NCBI GenBank assembly: GCA_050287085.1
Contig: JBNKBE010000018.1
Span: forward strand, 1 to 64,000
Origin: Polyangiaceae bacterium
GTDB taxonomy: Bacteria > Myxococcota_A > Polyangia > Polyangiales > Polyangiaceae
Direction: 5' to 3'
DNA length: 64,000 nucleotides
The stretch's first letter is position 1; the number at the start of each line of letters is the position of its first letter. Position numbers and translations under genes: made by a program. This document shows, piece after piece, positions 20,501 to 28,096 of this stretch. The notes beneath the pieces are model-generated. The model ran no database searches. It was given only the letters and a program-made list of their open reading frames with translations, and was not told the origin of the DNA.

Positions 20501-20692
20501 TGGTGGGGACCCATGGCCATTGCGGTCGTATTCGGTCTCGCCTTCGCTACCCTCTTGACGCTGCTCGTGGTACCCACGCTCTACACATTCTTCGATGATT
20601 TCGCCCAGTGGCGTCAGCAATTCCCAGGTAAGCTGGGCAGGCTGTTCAGCGGGCGTCGCAACCGACGCCCCGAAGCCACCGCTGGGGAATGA
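17501..20692 (+). CDS. RND efflux permease (AcrB/AcrD/AcrF family)
   Basis: 1063 aa, about 12 TMs, GMLVDNAIVLVENI, GVVVNNAIVLLD, RFRPVMLT, PMAIAVVFGL. Confidence 0.95.
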   Translation: MLKFIVGHRAPVLLLTVCILLLGTVSYLNLPRENNPDVKIPLVTVTTPYPGVSPRDIETLVTIPLENELSGVKDLKTMTSTSAEGISVVTLEFDPEIVIQDALQLVRDRVSRGRTDIPNDAEESDVREISFSDMPIMLINIAGPVDETVLKKVAEDLQDELKRIPGVLDVQLSGGRTREFRVQVNPNRLAHYELGLSDVANAIGNENVNIPGGEVAASSGNFLVRVPGEFGGAAEIENVALPRRGDRPVFVRDVASVIDGFEDRTTYSRMNGEPSVSLGLVKRTGANIVEVATSAKAIAKQHAEKWPDGTEYRVLADQSRDVDNLVAELENNILLALILVMGVILLFMGVKNSLFIAFSIPLSMLGGMLVFSLMDVTLNMVVLFSLILVLGMLVDNAIVLVENIYRHLEMGKSPTQASIDGAQEVAGAVAASTMTTVAAFVPLLAWTGIMGEFMVYLPLTLVVVLLSSLFVAIVVLPVLTAVGLRPKPAVERDEAAEAERSWIVRFYRASLEFALRHRWLTTLGSLAMLIGTFMFYGANNHGTEFFPDVEPDRAVITVRAPDGTGLEETDRIVREIEDILLAEPNIETYVAETGISASDFSSSNATNQARITLNFYPHASKALAGETPRKEPSSKTVKRVRERVTVLTGAEIKVEKERNGPPVGKPISVEISAKDYHLAGEASARLKRELAEIPGVTGLQDNYRVGRPELRFRVDRGAAKRIGASTGEIANSVRSAINGVKASSFRDGEDEYDITVELAPEFKDDLQSVLALRIPGREDMELGTFSVPISTVAQYSLTGGTGSINHKSQEPVVTLGGDVEEGFNENAVRAAVVEYLKKFETPDGVKTRLGGADDEQRKSQEFLGNAFLIAIFLIGLVLVGQFNRFDIPLIILASVVLSLIGVLWGLLLTGTAFGIIMTGLGVISLAGVVVNNAIVLLDYVEQLRAGGTPRQEALILAGTTRFRPVMLTATTTILGLVPMAIGLSIDFRAGRVFMGTQSSEWWGPMAIAVVFGLAFATLLTLLVVPTLYTFFDDFAQWRQQFPGKLGRLFSGRRNRRPEATAGE

Positions 20693-20724
20693 ATCACCTA
20701 ATACTGGCTTGGAGGTAACAACGA

Positions 20725-22380
20725 ATGAATCGTTCCAACTGGTGCGGAGCACTCGGGCTTGTGCTCGCCCTGTGCCCAGGCGCGCTCGCCGCACAGGGTG
20801 CGCAGCCGTCACCTGCAACAAGTACCGTGGCCAACCCAATACCCGCTGTCCCTCGGGTTGAGGCCCCCCCTTCGCCACCCGCGGCCTCCAGCGACCCCGT
20901 CGCGACCCCGCACAGCCCCCCAGCCGGGCAGACCGTGGCGCCGTCAGCGACGAGCTCGACGGCACTTGCCGTGGCAGGTTCCCAGGCGACAACCCCTGCC
21001 GACATCGAGCGCTACTTTGCTGAAGTGGTCAACCAACCGGGTGGTCTCACTTCAGCGCAAGCCGCAACACGCGCCGCGAAGACCAGCACCCAAGCCCAGG
21101 TCAAGGTCGAAGAAATCCGCTCAGCGGAGGCCACGATTGACCAAACACTGTGGAGCTCGGCTCCGCGACTCACCTTGAGCGCGCGCTATACTAGACTGTC
21201 CCCCATCACGAACGGCAGTTTTGGTCCGTCCGGGAGCGGTGGTTTGGTGGCTACAACCGCCGGTCCTGGCCTACTACCCCAAAACGCGCCGCTCATTGGG
21301 ATCGATCCAGCCAGTCTGCGCTTTCCGGTACTGCTCAACAACACCACGCTCAACGCCAACGTGGTCATTCCACTATCAGACTACCTATTTAGTACGGTGC
21401 ACGCCGTGCGCGGCGCAAAGGCTGCAAGAGAAACCGTGCTCCTCGACGAGCGCGCCGCCCGCGTGAGGAGCGCCGCGGAGGCCAAGCTAGCGTACTATTC
21501 GTGGACCCAGGCCAAGCTGCAAGAGGTCCTGGTCGCACAAACGCTGGCTCAAGCTCGCGTTCGACGCGACACGACGGAGCGTCTCTTCGCCGCAGGCCGC
21601 GCAGCTCAAGCAGATGTGCTTCAGGCCGATGCGTATGTCGCAGACAACGAGCTGATGGTGCAGCGAGCTCGCACGGCCACCCTGGTCGCCGAAGAAAAGC
21701 TGCGCATCGCGATGCACGCCGAGCCTGGAGAGCCCCTGGCCGTCGGCGAAAACGTCCTAGCCGAGGACACACGTCCCCTCGATACGGATCGGGAAGCTCT
21801 ATTTCGTGAGGGCGTCCAGCAGCGCCTAGAGATTCAATCTCTGGCCAAGACGGACTACGCCTTTTCTCAGGCGGTGGACGTTCAAGAGGCCGGCGCGTAC
21901 CCACGGGTAGAGGCGTTCGGTAATGTAACCTACTCCAATCCGAACCAGCGCGTTTTTCCCCAGGAGAACGAGTTCCGGGCGACGTGGGATGTCGGAGTTC
22001 AAGCGGTATGGACGCTCAATGACCTTGGCACATCGCGAGCCAACGCCAGAAAGTCAGCGGCCCAACGAGCGCAACTGCTCTCCCAGAAGCATATGATCGA
22101 AGATGCGCTGCGACTCGAAATCATGAGCGCGACGCAGGCCATGGTGGAGTCCCAGCAGGCGGTGGCCACCGCCCAACAAGCGGAGAAGGCCGCAGAGGCA
22201 GCCTACCAGGCTCGAGAACTGCTCTACCGGCATGGTCGAGCCACCAATCTGGAAGTCATCCAGGCGGAGACCTCGCGCTTTCAGGCCAAGCTCAGCCTAA
22301 TCAATGCACGTGTGGGTCTGCACATCGCGCGAGTGCAGCTCGAGCATGCGCTCGGACGAGACAACCACTTCGGGCAATAG
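20725..22380 (+). CDS. TolC-family outer-membrane channel
   Basis: Signal peptide, P/A/S/T-rich linker, two OEP repeats (LFAAGRAAQADVLQA, YRHGRATNLEVIQA). Confidence 0.88.
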   Translation: MNRSNWCGALGLVLALCPGALAAQGAQPSPATSTVANPIPAVPRVEAPPSPPAASSDPVATPHSPPAGQTVAPSATSSTALAVAGSQATTPADIERYFAEVVNQPGGLTSAQAATRAAKTSTQAQVKVEEIRSAEATIDQTLWSSAPRLTLSARYTRLSPITNGSFGPSGSGGLVATTAGPGLLPQNAPLIGIDPASLRFPVLLNNTTLNANVVIPLSDYLFSTVHAVRGAKAARETVLLDERAARVRSAAEAKLAYYSWTQAKLQEVLVAQTLAQARVRRDTTERLFAAGRAAQADVLQADAYVADNELMVQRARTATLVAEEKLRIAMHAEPGEPLAVGENVLAEDTRPLDTDREALFREGVQQRLEIQSLAKTDYAFSQAVDVQEAGAYPRVEAFGNVTYSNPNQRVFPQENEFRATWDVGVQAVWTLNDLGTSRANARKSAAQRAQLLSQKHMIEDALRLEIMSATQAMVESQQAVATAQQAEKAAEAAYQARELLYRHGRATNLEVIQAETSRFQAKLSLINARVGLHIARVQLEHALGRDNHFGQ

Positions 22381-22392
22381 CCAAGGCGCCCA

Positions 22393-24585
22393 CTACGGGC
22401 ACTCGTCGATATTGAGCATGTAGTCTCCGCCGCTGGTGTCGAAGCCGTCGACCACGATGACATACTCCCGACCGGCTTCGGCATCCACATCCACGCGGGA
22501 GGTGCGAGCAATGGTGTCGTCATCGCAATAGGTCTGCGCGTAGTCGGGGCAGGACGTGCGAACGTGAAGAACCGTATCGAAGTCGCTGCCGCGGGTATCG
22601 ATACGGTAGCAAGCGCTTGCGGGAGCTATCCAGGTGAAGATCACGTCCTCGCCCACTGCCCCCTCTCCGCAGGTCGCTTCAATGTCGTTGCCCTCCCCCA
22701 ACGTTGAGCCTCCGACCGATATGCCCGTAGCAGAAGGCAGCGGCGTGCTAGCCAGACAATCACACCGCGCCGCCGCGCTGCATTCGCTGTCCTGACAGTC
22801 CGCCGCGCCGTCGCCATCGTCGTCCAGACCGTTGTCACAAATCTCGAGAGGCGGCGATTCTATACACGACGGATCTTGAGCGCAGTCCGGATCCAAGCAG
22901 TCGATCGCTGCGTCTGCATCGTCGTCCAGACCGTTGGTGCAGATTTCGACGGCCAAACAGGCCGCGTTGTTGTCGCAATCGACGTCGGCGCAATCGACAA
23001 GTCCGTCTGCATCATCATCCGTTCCATTGCGGCAGTCTTCCGCGCAGGCCGCAATGTTGAGGTCATACTTGCCAAAGTCTGTCGCTCTAGAACCATCAAC
23101 CACGATCACGGCTAGCGCGCCTTCCGTCATCAAGCGACGCACTTCCGAAAGATTTCTATCGCGCCCCGAGAAGCTGTCGTCGTCGCACTGCAACACGACT
23201 TCAGAGGGACACGACTCATTGACCGAAAGGGTAGTGTCAAATGCACTGCCCAACGTGTCGAAGACGTAACAGCCACTTGCGGGCGCACGCCACTGGTATG
23301 CGTCATCCGGACCATCAGAGGTCACCCCGCAGCCGACGTATTGATTGCTTGCCCCCGTCATGCCGGAAATCACAGGCCGACCAAACGCCGAGCCTAGATC
23401 GGCGACGACGCCCGCACACTCGCTGCAAGGGGTCAGCCGCTGACACCACGAGTCGGCACAATCAATAGCGCCGTCACCGTTGTCATCCGCCCCGTTGCTG
23501 CAGTCCTCGGCTAGAAGGCAAGCCTCTCCGCAATTGGGATCATCGCAATCCGCTGAGCCGTTTTGATCGTCGTCCAACCCGTTGTTGCAATCGGTTTCCC
23601 CTCGACACAACGGACTATCAGCGCACTCCGCGTCTTCGCAATCGACCGCGCCGTCGAGATCGTCGTCGACGGCATTCCTACACTGCTCCACACACTCCGA
23701 TGCCGTCAGCTCGAAATCGCCCGCCGCCCCCATGTAGCCATCGACATGGAGTACGACCTCATCCCCAGCCCGCAGATTCAATGACAAAGTGGATTGAGGC
23801 AGGTCCGTATCGTCGTTACAGGCCAGCTCCCGATACTCAGGACACGCCGTCGTGGCATAGAGCACCGTGTCGAAGTTACTGCCCACGGTCGAGAACATGA
23901 CGCACCCCGTGGTAGCGGCAGACCACGAGTACCTTACCTCCGGCGCCGGAGTCCCCCCGCAGGAGCCTCGCGCGCGATCGCTCTGCCCCACGGTGCTGCC
24001 TAGCGTAGACGCTGAAGCCGGATCCAGCTGCGGCAACACCTCGCTACACTCGTCACATCCCACCGCACCCCCGCAGTCGGAGTCGTCACAATCAACGAAG
24101 CCGTCGGAGTCATTGTCGCGACCGTCGTCGCACCGTTCGACGCAAGAGTCAGAGAAGCACGTCGGATCCTGACAGTCACTTAACCCATTACCGTCATCAT
24201 CGACGCCATTGTCACAGATCTCGACCGCCTTCTGCGGCTGACAATCCGGACTGTTGTCCTCGGCGGCCGCCGCGAATAAACACCCGTCGACATCACGCTC
24301 ACACGTCAACTTAAGAGGTCCAACACAATGCGCCCCGACGGCAAGACCAGAGCACCGCCCGTCGCGACAACGCCTCACCGAGGCGTCCACGGGGCCGATG
24401 GTGCCCAGCTCGTCGCCCACGAGCCACATTCCTGCGTCCGCCAGATCTTCATCGAGAGAAAGCTGCGCGCGCGAACAACCCGCAGCCAGCAATAGGGCGA
24501 GCAGTTTGCCGCTGAATAAGACGCGGCGGCGCCCCCGACAAACGGCGCGGAAGGTCATTGGCCCCATTGCTTCATTTCCACTCAT
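22393..24585 (-). CDS. Cys/Asp-rich repeat surface lipoprotein with three PPC-like beta-sandwich domains
   Basis: Lipobox LAAGC; eight E-x-C-x-NG-x-DDD-x-DG-xx-DC-x-D-xx-C repeats (2+3+3) alternating with three copies of W.AP.SGCY.FDT.GS.FDTVL...C.DD...VVDG. Start may be 24558. Confidence 0.85.
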   Translation of the reverse strand: MSGNEAMGPMTFRAVCRGRRRVLFSGKLLALLLAAGCSRAQLSLDEDLADAGMWLVGDELGTIGPVDASVRRCRDGRCSGLAVGAHCVGPLKLTCERDVDGCLFAAAAEDNSPDCQPQKAVEICDNGVDDDGNGLSDCQDPTCFSDSCVERCDDGRDNDSDGFVDCDDSDCGGAVGCDECSEVLPQLDPASASTLGSTVGQSDRARGSCGGTPAPEVRYSWSAATTGCVMFSTVGSNFDTVLYATTACPEYRELACNDDTDLPQSTLSLNLRAGDEVVLHVDGYMGAAGDFELTASECVEQCRNAVDDDLDGAVDCEDAECADSPLCRGETDCNNGLDDDQNGSADCDDPNCGEACLLAEDCSNGADDNGDGAIDCADSWCQRLTPCSECAGVVADLGSAFGRPVISGMTGASNQYVGCGVTSDGPDDAYQWRAPASGCYVFDTLGSAFDTTLSVNESCPSEVVLQCDDDSFSGRDRNLSEVRRLMTEGALAVIVVDGSRATDFGKYDLNIAACAEDCRNGTDDDADGLVDCADVDCDNNAACLAVEICTNGLDDDADAAIDCLDPDCAQDPSCIESPPLEICDNGLDDDGDGAADCQDSECSAAARCDCLASTPLPSATGISVGGSTLGEGNDIEATCGEGAVGEDVIFTWIAPASACYRIDTRGSDFDTVLHVRTSCPDYAQTYCDDDTIARTSRVDVDAEAGREYVIVVDGFDTSGGDYMLNIDECP

Positions 24586-24715
24586 AACGACTGACTCGAT
24601 TCCCCATCGGCAGGCACCCCTGCCTCCCCGGGGTGGGCACCAGGCATGCCCCTCACTATAGCCCATGGGTGTGGCCGACACCCGAACGGAGGTGTCTTGA
24701 GCGCCTAACTCAGCC

Positions 24716-25072
24716 CTAAGGCCCAGCGTCGCGCAGCTCTTCATACCCGCGCCGCAGACGATCGAGAGCCACACCTTCCGGCGGCTCATGCTCGCCAGCG
24801 CAAATCCAAAGCAGGTCTCGACGCTCTTTGTCCTCAGCCCGGTCATACCAACCCTGGCACACACATTCGTGCCAGGACGAAGTGCAGGCGTCGCATTCCG
24901 AATTCCTGGGGGCGCAGCCGGGATACCCCTTGGCGTCCAAGAGCTCGGTGTCGACTTCCCGCTCGCCTTCAACACCCAAGACCGGCTCGCAGCTGACTAT
25001 GAAGAGCCAAGCGCTGGCCACAAGCAGCATTGCGGGGTTGAGCCGGCTGTTGAGCAGCACAAGGTCTCTCAT
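24716..25072 (-). CDS. Small Cys-rich lipoprotein
   Basis: TAATG overlap with the upstream gene, hydrophobic stretch ending FIVSC, six further Cys. Confidence 0.65.
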   Translation of the reverse strand: MRDLVLLNSRLNPAMLLVASAWLFIVSCEPVLGVEGEREVDTELLDAKGYPGCAPRNSECDACTSSWHECVCQGWYDRAEDKERRDLLWICAGEHEPPEGVALDRLRRGYEELRDAGP

Positions 25073-26244
25073 TAAAACCGCCCCTCTGCGCTGAAGAAAA
25101 TACCGCCACGTGCGGAGGGCAGCACCGCCAACGAAGCGTCTTCGCCATCAGATGCCGTGAGCCCCCAGAGCAGTCCGCTCGCTATCGCCGCCAGGCCTAC
25201 TCCGGCACCAACAAGGCCCGCTCCTGTCTTGAGTCGGGCGCTCTTGCCGAGGCGGACACCTCGTTCACTGCAAAGCGACGCGTCGCTGCGGCGGCACTCG
25301 CTGTCTGCAGCTTTGTCGTCACTGTACCCCCACCCAATGAACCCACCGCCGGCTGCGGCCAACACGGCCCCCCCGCCCACAAGCCACCATCCGGCGCCCG
25401 GCGCCTCCCGAGAGCGGGCATTGGTATCGGGCGACGTAAGAGGACTAGCGCTGCGGACCCCCTGCGACGCCTGCGTGCCCCCACTGGCCACGGGAGGAGG
25501 AAGAGCGCCAGGCAAAAGAGCTGGGACTTCGACACGCAGGCTCCCTGGACCCGCGGGCACTTGAACTGTGGCCGACCAAGGCTCGTATCCGGGGGCAGAC
25601 GCCTTCAGCTCGTGTTCGCCCGGATCAGTCGGCAACTGGACACCCCACAACCCCTGCGCCAAACCCTTGCCGTCCTGGCTCATGACCAGGCCTGGCGCGC
25701 GCGGGGACGACACACTCACAACCAGATACGACAAGCTCGCCTTGAGGCGCGTCGCGTTCTGCTCTGCGACACTCTGCCGCTCCGCCTGGCCAGCGCTCTT
25801 CGCCGCGTAGGCCGCGTCGAGGAATGTCGCCCACGCCGAGGCGGTACGCCCGAGCGCCTCGTAACAGTCCGCCATGTGCAGCAGAGTACCGACCCCAGGA
25901 TCTAGACGCTGGCTCTGCTCAAACTTTGGGCACGCCTCCGCGGGTTTGCCAGCGTGCATGGCCATAATCCCCTGATCGTAAAGCGCTTGTGCGGCGGCAC
26001 GCTCAGCGGCTTCCTGAGCTGCACAGGGCTTCCATTGTAGGATGAGCAGGCAGGCCAAGAGCGCACCCGCCCAAGAACGTATGAAAGCGGCAGCCGATGG
26101 GCTTCGCCTCGCGGCACCCGCCTTGCATTTGGACTGCGCGGCGGCCCCACCGCACGAGCGGAAAAGCCCTCGCATCAGGCGCCTCCGTCGCTCCGTTCCG
26201 ACGTAAACCTCAAGACCGACTCGCTGCGTATTCAGATTGGTCAC
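25072..26244 (-). CDS. TPR + PEGA-like domain membrane protein (kinase-associated)
   Basis: AQALYDQG...EACPKFEQSQRLDPGVGTLLHMADCYE...ASAWATF; DPGEHELKASAPGYEPW; C-terminal hydrophobic segments ending EGRF. Start uncertain. Confidence 0.82.
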   Translation of the reverse strand: MTNLNTQRVGLEVYVGTERRRRLMRGLFRSCGGAAAQSKCKAGAARRSPSAAAFIRSWAGALLACLLILQWKPCAAQEAAERAAAQALYDQGIMAMHAGKPAEACPKFEQSQRLDPGVGTLLHMADCYEALGRTASAWATFLDAAYAAKSAGQAERQSVAEQNATRLKASLSYLVVSVSSPRAPGLVMSQDGKGLAQGLWGVQLPTDPGEHELKASAPGYEPWSATVQVPAGPGSLRVEVPALLPGALPPPVASGGTQASQGVRSASPLTSPDTNARSREAPGAGWWLVGGGAVLAAAGGGFIGWGYSDDKAADSECRRSDASLCSERGVRLGKSARLKTGAGLVGAGVGLAAIASGLLWGLTASDGEDASLAVLPSARGGIFFSAEGRF

Positions 26245-26268
26245 AGGCCGGAGAGCATCTTATCCGCA

Positions 26269-27867
26269 TCACTTTCTTCCGCCAAACTTATCCTCAACGG
26301 GGACCGCCCCCGGGGGCGAGCTCGCCGGCCCCCCCGCACGTTCCGTGGCAGCCGTGCGCCCCCCCGGCCGCAGCGACGTCGAGGCGGAAGACGCCCGAAC
26401 TGCCCCCGCGGCGCTCGGCTCCGGCCTTTCTGAGGGTCCGGGCTTTGCGCTGGAAAGGGGCGTCGAGGCGCCGCTCCGAGCCCCAACGCGAGGCGAGGCG
26501 GCGGACGAGGGGCCCTCGGCAGTCGACGACCCCAAAAGCGCTGCTGGGGTATTGGTTGACGCCGCCGAAGCGCTGGCCGCCGCCGGCGGCTCTGCCGAGG
26601 AGGACGCGAGCGGCGCGGCAGACTTGGAGTCAACGGGCGCTCCGCCAGCGCCCAATACCCCGTCCGGCGAGGTCGTAGCGGCCGCCCCAGACGGCACTAA
26701 CCCTAACGATGGCGCTGGAGAAGCGCCTGGAACGCCACCTGAGACGTCAGCCGTCTGCTGGCCGCGGACCACGATGAAGCCAACCGCCAGGGCCGCTGCG
26801 GCAGCTGACACCGACCACAGCCACTTGCGCGCGCCCGCCGCCGGACCGCGGGTGCTACCCCAACCCGCCATGCCACCGGTGCCATCCGGCGCTGCGGCAC
26901 CTCGACCGACCGAGTCCTTTCCCGCCGCAACCTGCGGACGGCCCCCTGCACCCATTCCGGCCGACTCCAAGACGCGCGAGATCCGCTCCACGGTGGTGGA
27001 GAGGCGCGCCGGTGCAAAAGCTGCAAGGGCCGCCGCGAACTCCGCGACGCTCTGAAAGCGCTTCGACGGTGTCTTCTCTAGCGCCCGCGCGAGCAGCGCC
27101 CGCAGCGCCGGTGGCGCGTCGGTGCGACTGAGCGTTTGCGCATCCTCGAGCAAGATCTTGGCGGAGAGCTCTGGAATTGACGCGGCCGAAAACGGCAGCT
27201 GCGCCTCCAGCAACTCGAATAAGATGACCCCGAGCGACCAAATGTCGGACCGCGCATCGACGTCCTTGGTGGAACGCATCTGCTCAGGGGACATGTACAG
27301 TGGCGAGCCCATCATCGACGAGGTACGTGTCAGCGCCGGATCGGTGCCCCCCGGGACAGCCAACGTGTTCTTGGAAATGCCGAAATCCAGAACCTTGACG
27401 CGCGTGGTCCCATCCGATTGTCGCGCCAAAAAGAGATTCGCCGGCTTGAGATCGCGGTGAACAATGCCACAGGCATGCGCCTCCGCTACCGCGTCACATG
27501 CCTCCAGCACATACCCCGCAGCCTGCTCCACGGGCAGGGGGCCCTGCGCCGCCAAGACCTGCGAAAGGTCTTGGCCTTCGAGAAACTCCATCACCATGTA
27601 GGGAGAGCCCCCCTCCATCGTGCAGACATCAATCACCCGGGCGATGTGCTCGCTGCGAATTTTCACAGCGGCCCGCGCCTCGCGCATGAAGCGAGCACAC
27701 GCTTCCACGTGCTCGGCGTACTCGGGCAACAAGAACTTGATGGCGACGCGTCGCTCGAGCGTCGTGTCCAACGCCGCCACGACCACGCCCATCCCCCCCT
27801 CTCCGAGAACGCGCTCGACTCGGTATTTGCCCGCGAGCATCTGGCCCTGCTGCACTGGACTGGTCAT
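26269..27867 (-). CDS. Membrane-bound Hanks-type Ser/Thr protein kinase
   Basis: GEGGMGVV, VAIK, HRDLKPAN, DFG, YMSPEQ, DIWSLG; a TM helix; Ser/Ala/Pro-rich C-tail. Confidence 0.96.
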   Translation of the reverse strand: MTSPVQQGQMLAGKYRVERVLGEGGMGVVVAALDTTLERRVAIKFLLPEYAEHVEACARFMREARAAVKIRSEHIARVIDVCTMEGGSPYMVMEFLEGQDLSQVLAAQGPLPVEQAAGYVLEACDAVAEAHACGIVHRDLKPANLFLARQSDGTTRVKVLDFGISKNTLAVPGGTDPALTRTSSMMGSPLYMSPEQMRSTKDVDARSDIWSLGVILFELLEAQLPFSAASIPELSAKILLEDAQTLSRTDAPPALRALLARALEKTPSKRFQSVAEFAAALAAFAPARLSTTVERISRVLESAGMGAGGRPQVAAGKDSVGRGAAAPDGTGGMAGWGSTRGPAAGARKWLWSVSAAAAALAVGFIVVRGQQTADVSGGVPGASPAPSLGLVPSGAAATTSPDGVLGAGGAPVDSKSAAPLASSSAEPPAAASASAASTNTPAALLGSSTAEGPSSAASPRVGARSGASTPLSSAKPGPSERPEPSAAGAVRASSASTSLRPGGRTAATERAGGPASSPPGAVPVEDKFGGRK

Positions 27868-28096
27868 GAGCGCTCTACCCTATCGAAGTAGCCAGGTGTT
27901 GGCGAGACCCAGGTCTCATCCGACACAATGACGTATTCTCAGTCCTACGCCACCGCCCTCCGCCGCTTCCCCCGTCCGCGCCCAATGGTGAAACGCCGCG
28001 CAAGCCCCCCCGCGGTCTCGGCAGCCGAACTCGCGACGCAGTCCAAGTCGCGGAATTCGCTTCGACCCATCGGTGAGCGTGTTAAAAGCGCCGGTC

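Noticed and set aside
24586..24975. N-terminal extension of the 860-aa ORF
   Set aside because: Overlaps the better-supported small lipoprotein gene; the lipobox implies a start near 24585-24558
26237..27055. 272-aa plus-strand Ala/Pro-rich ORF
   Set aside because: Antisense mirror of the kinase low-complexity tail
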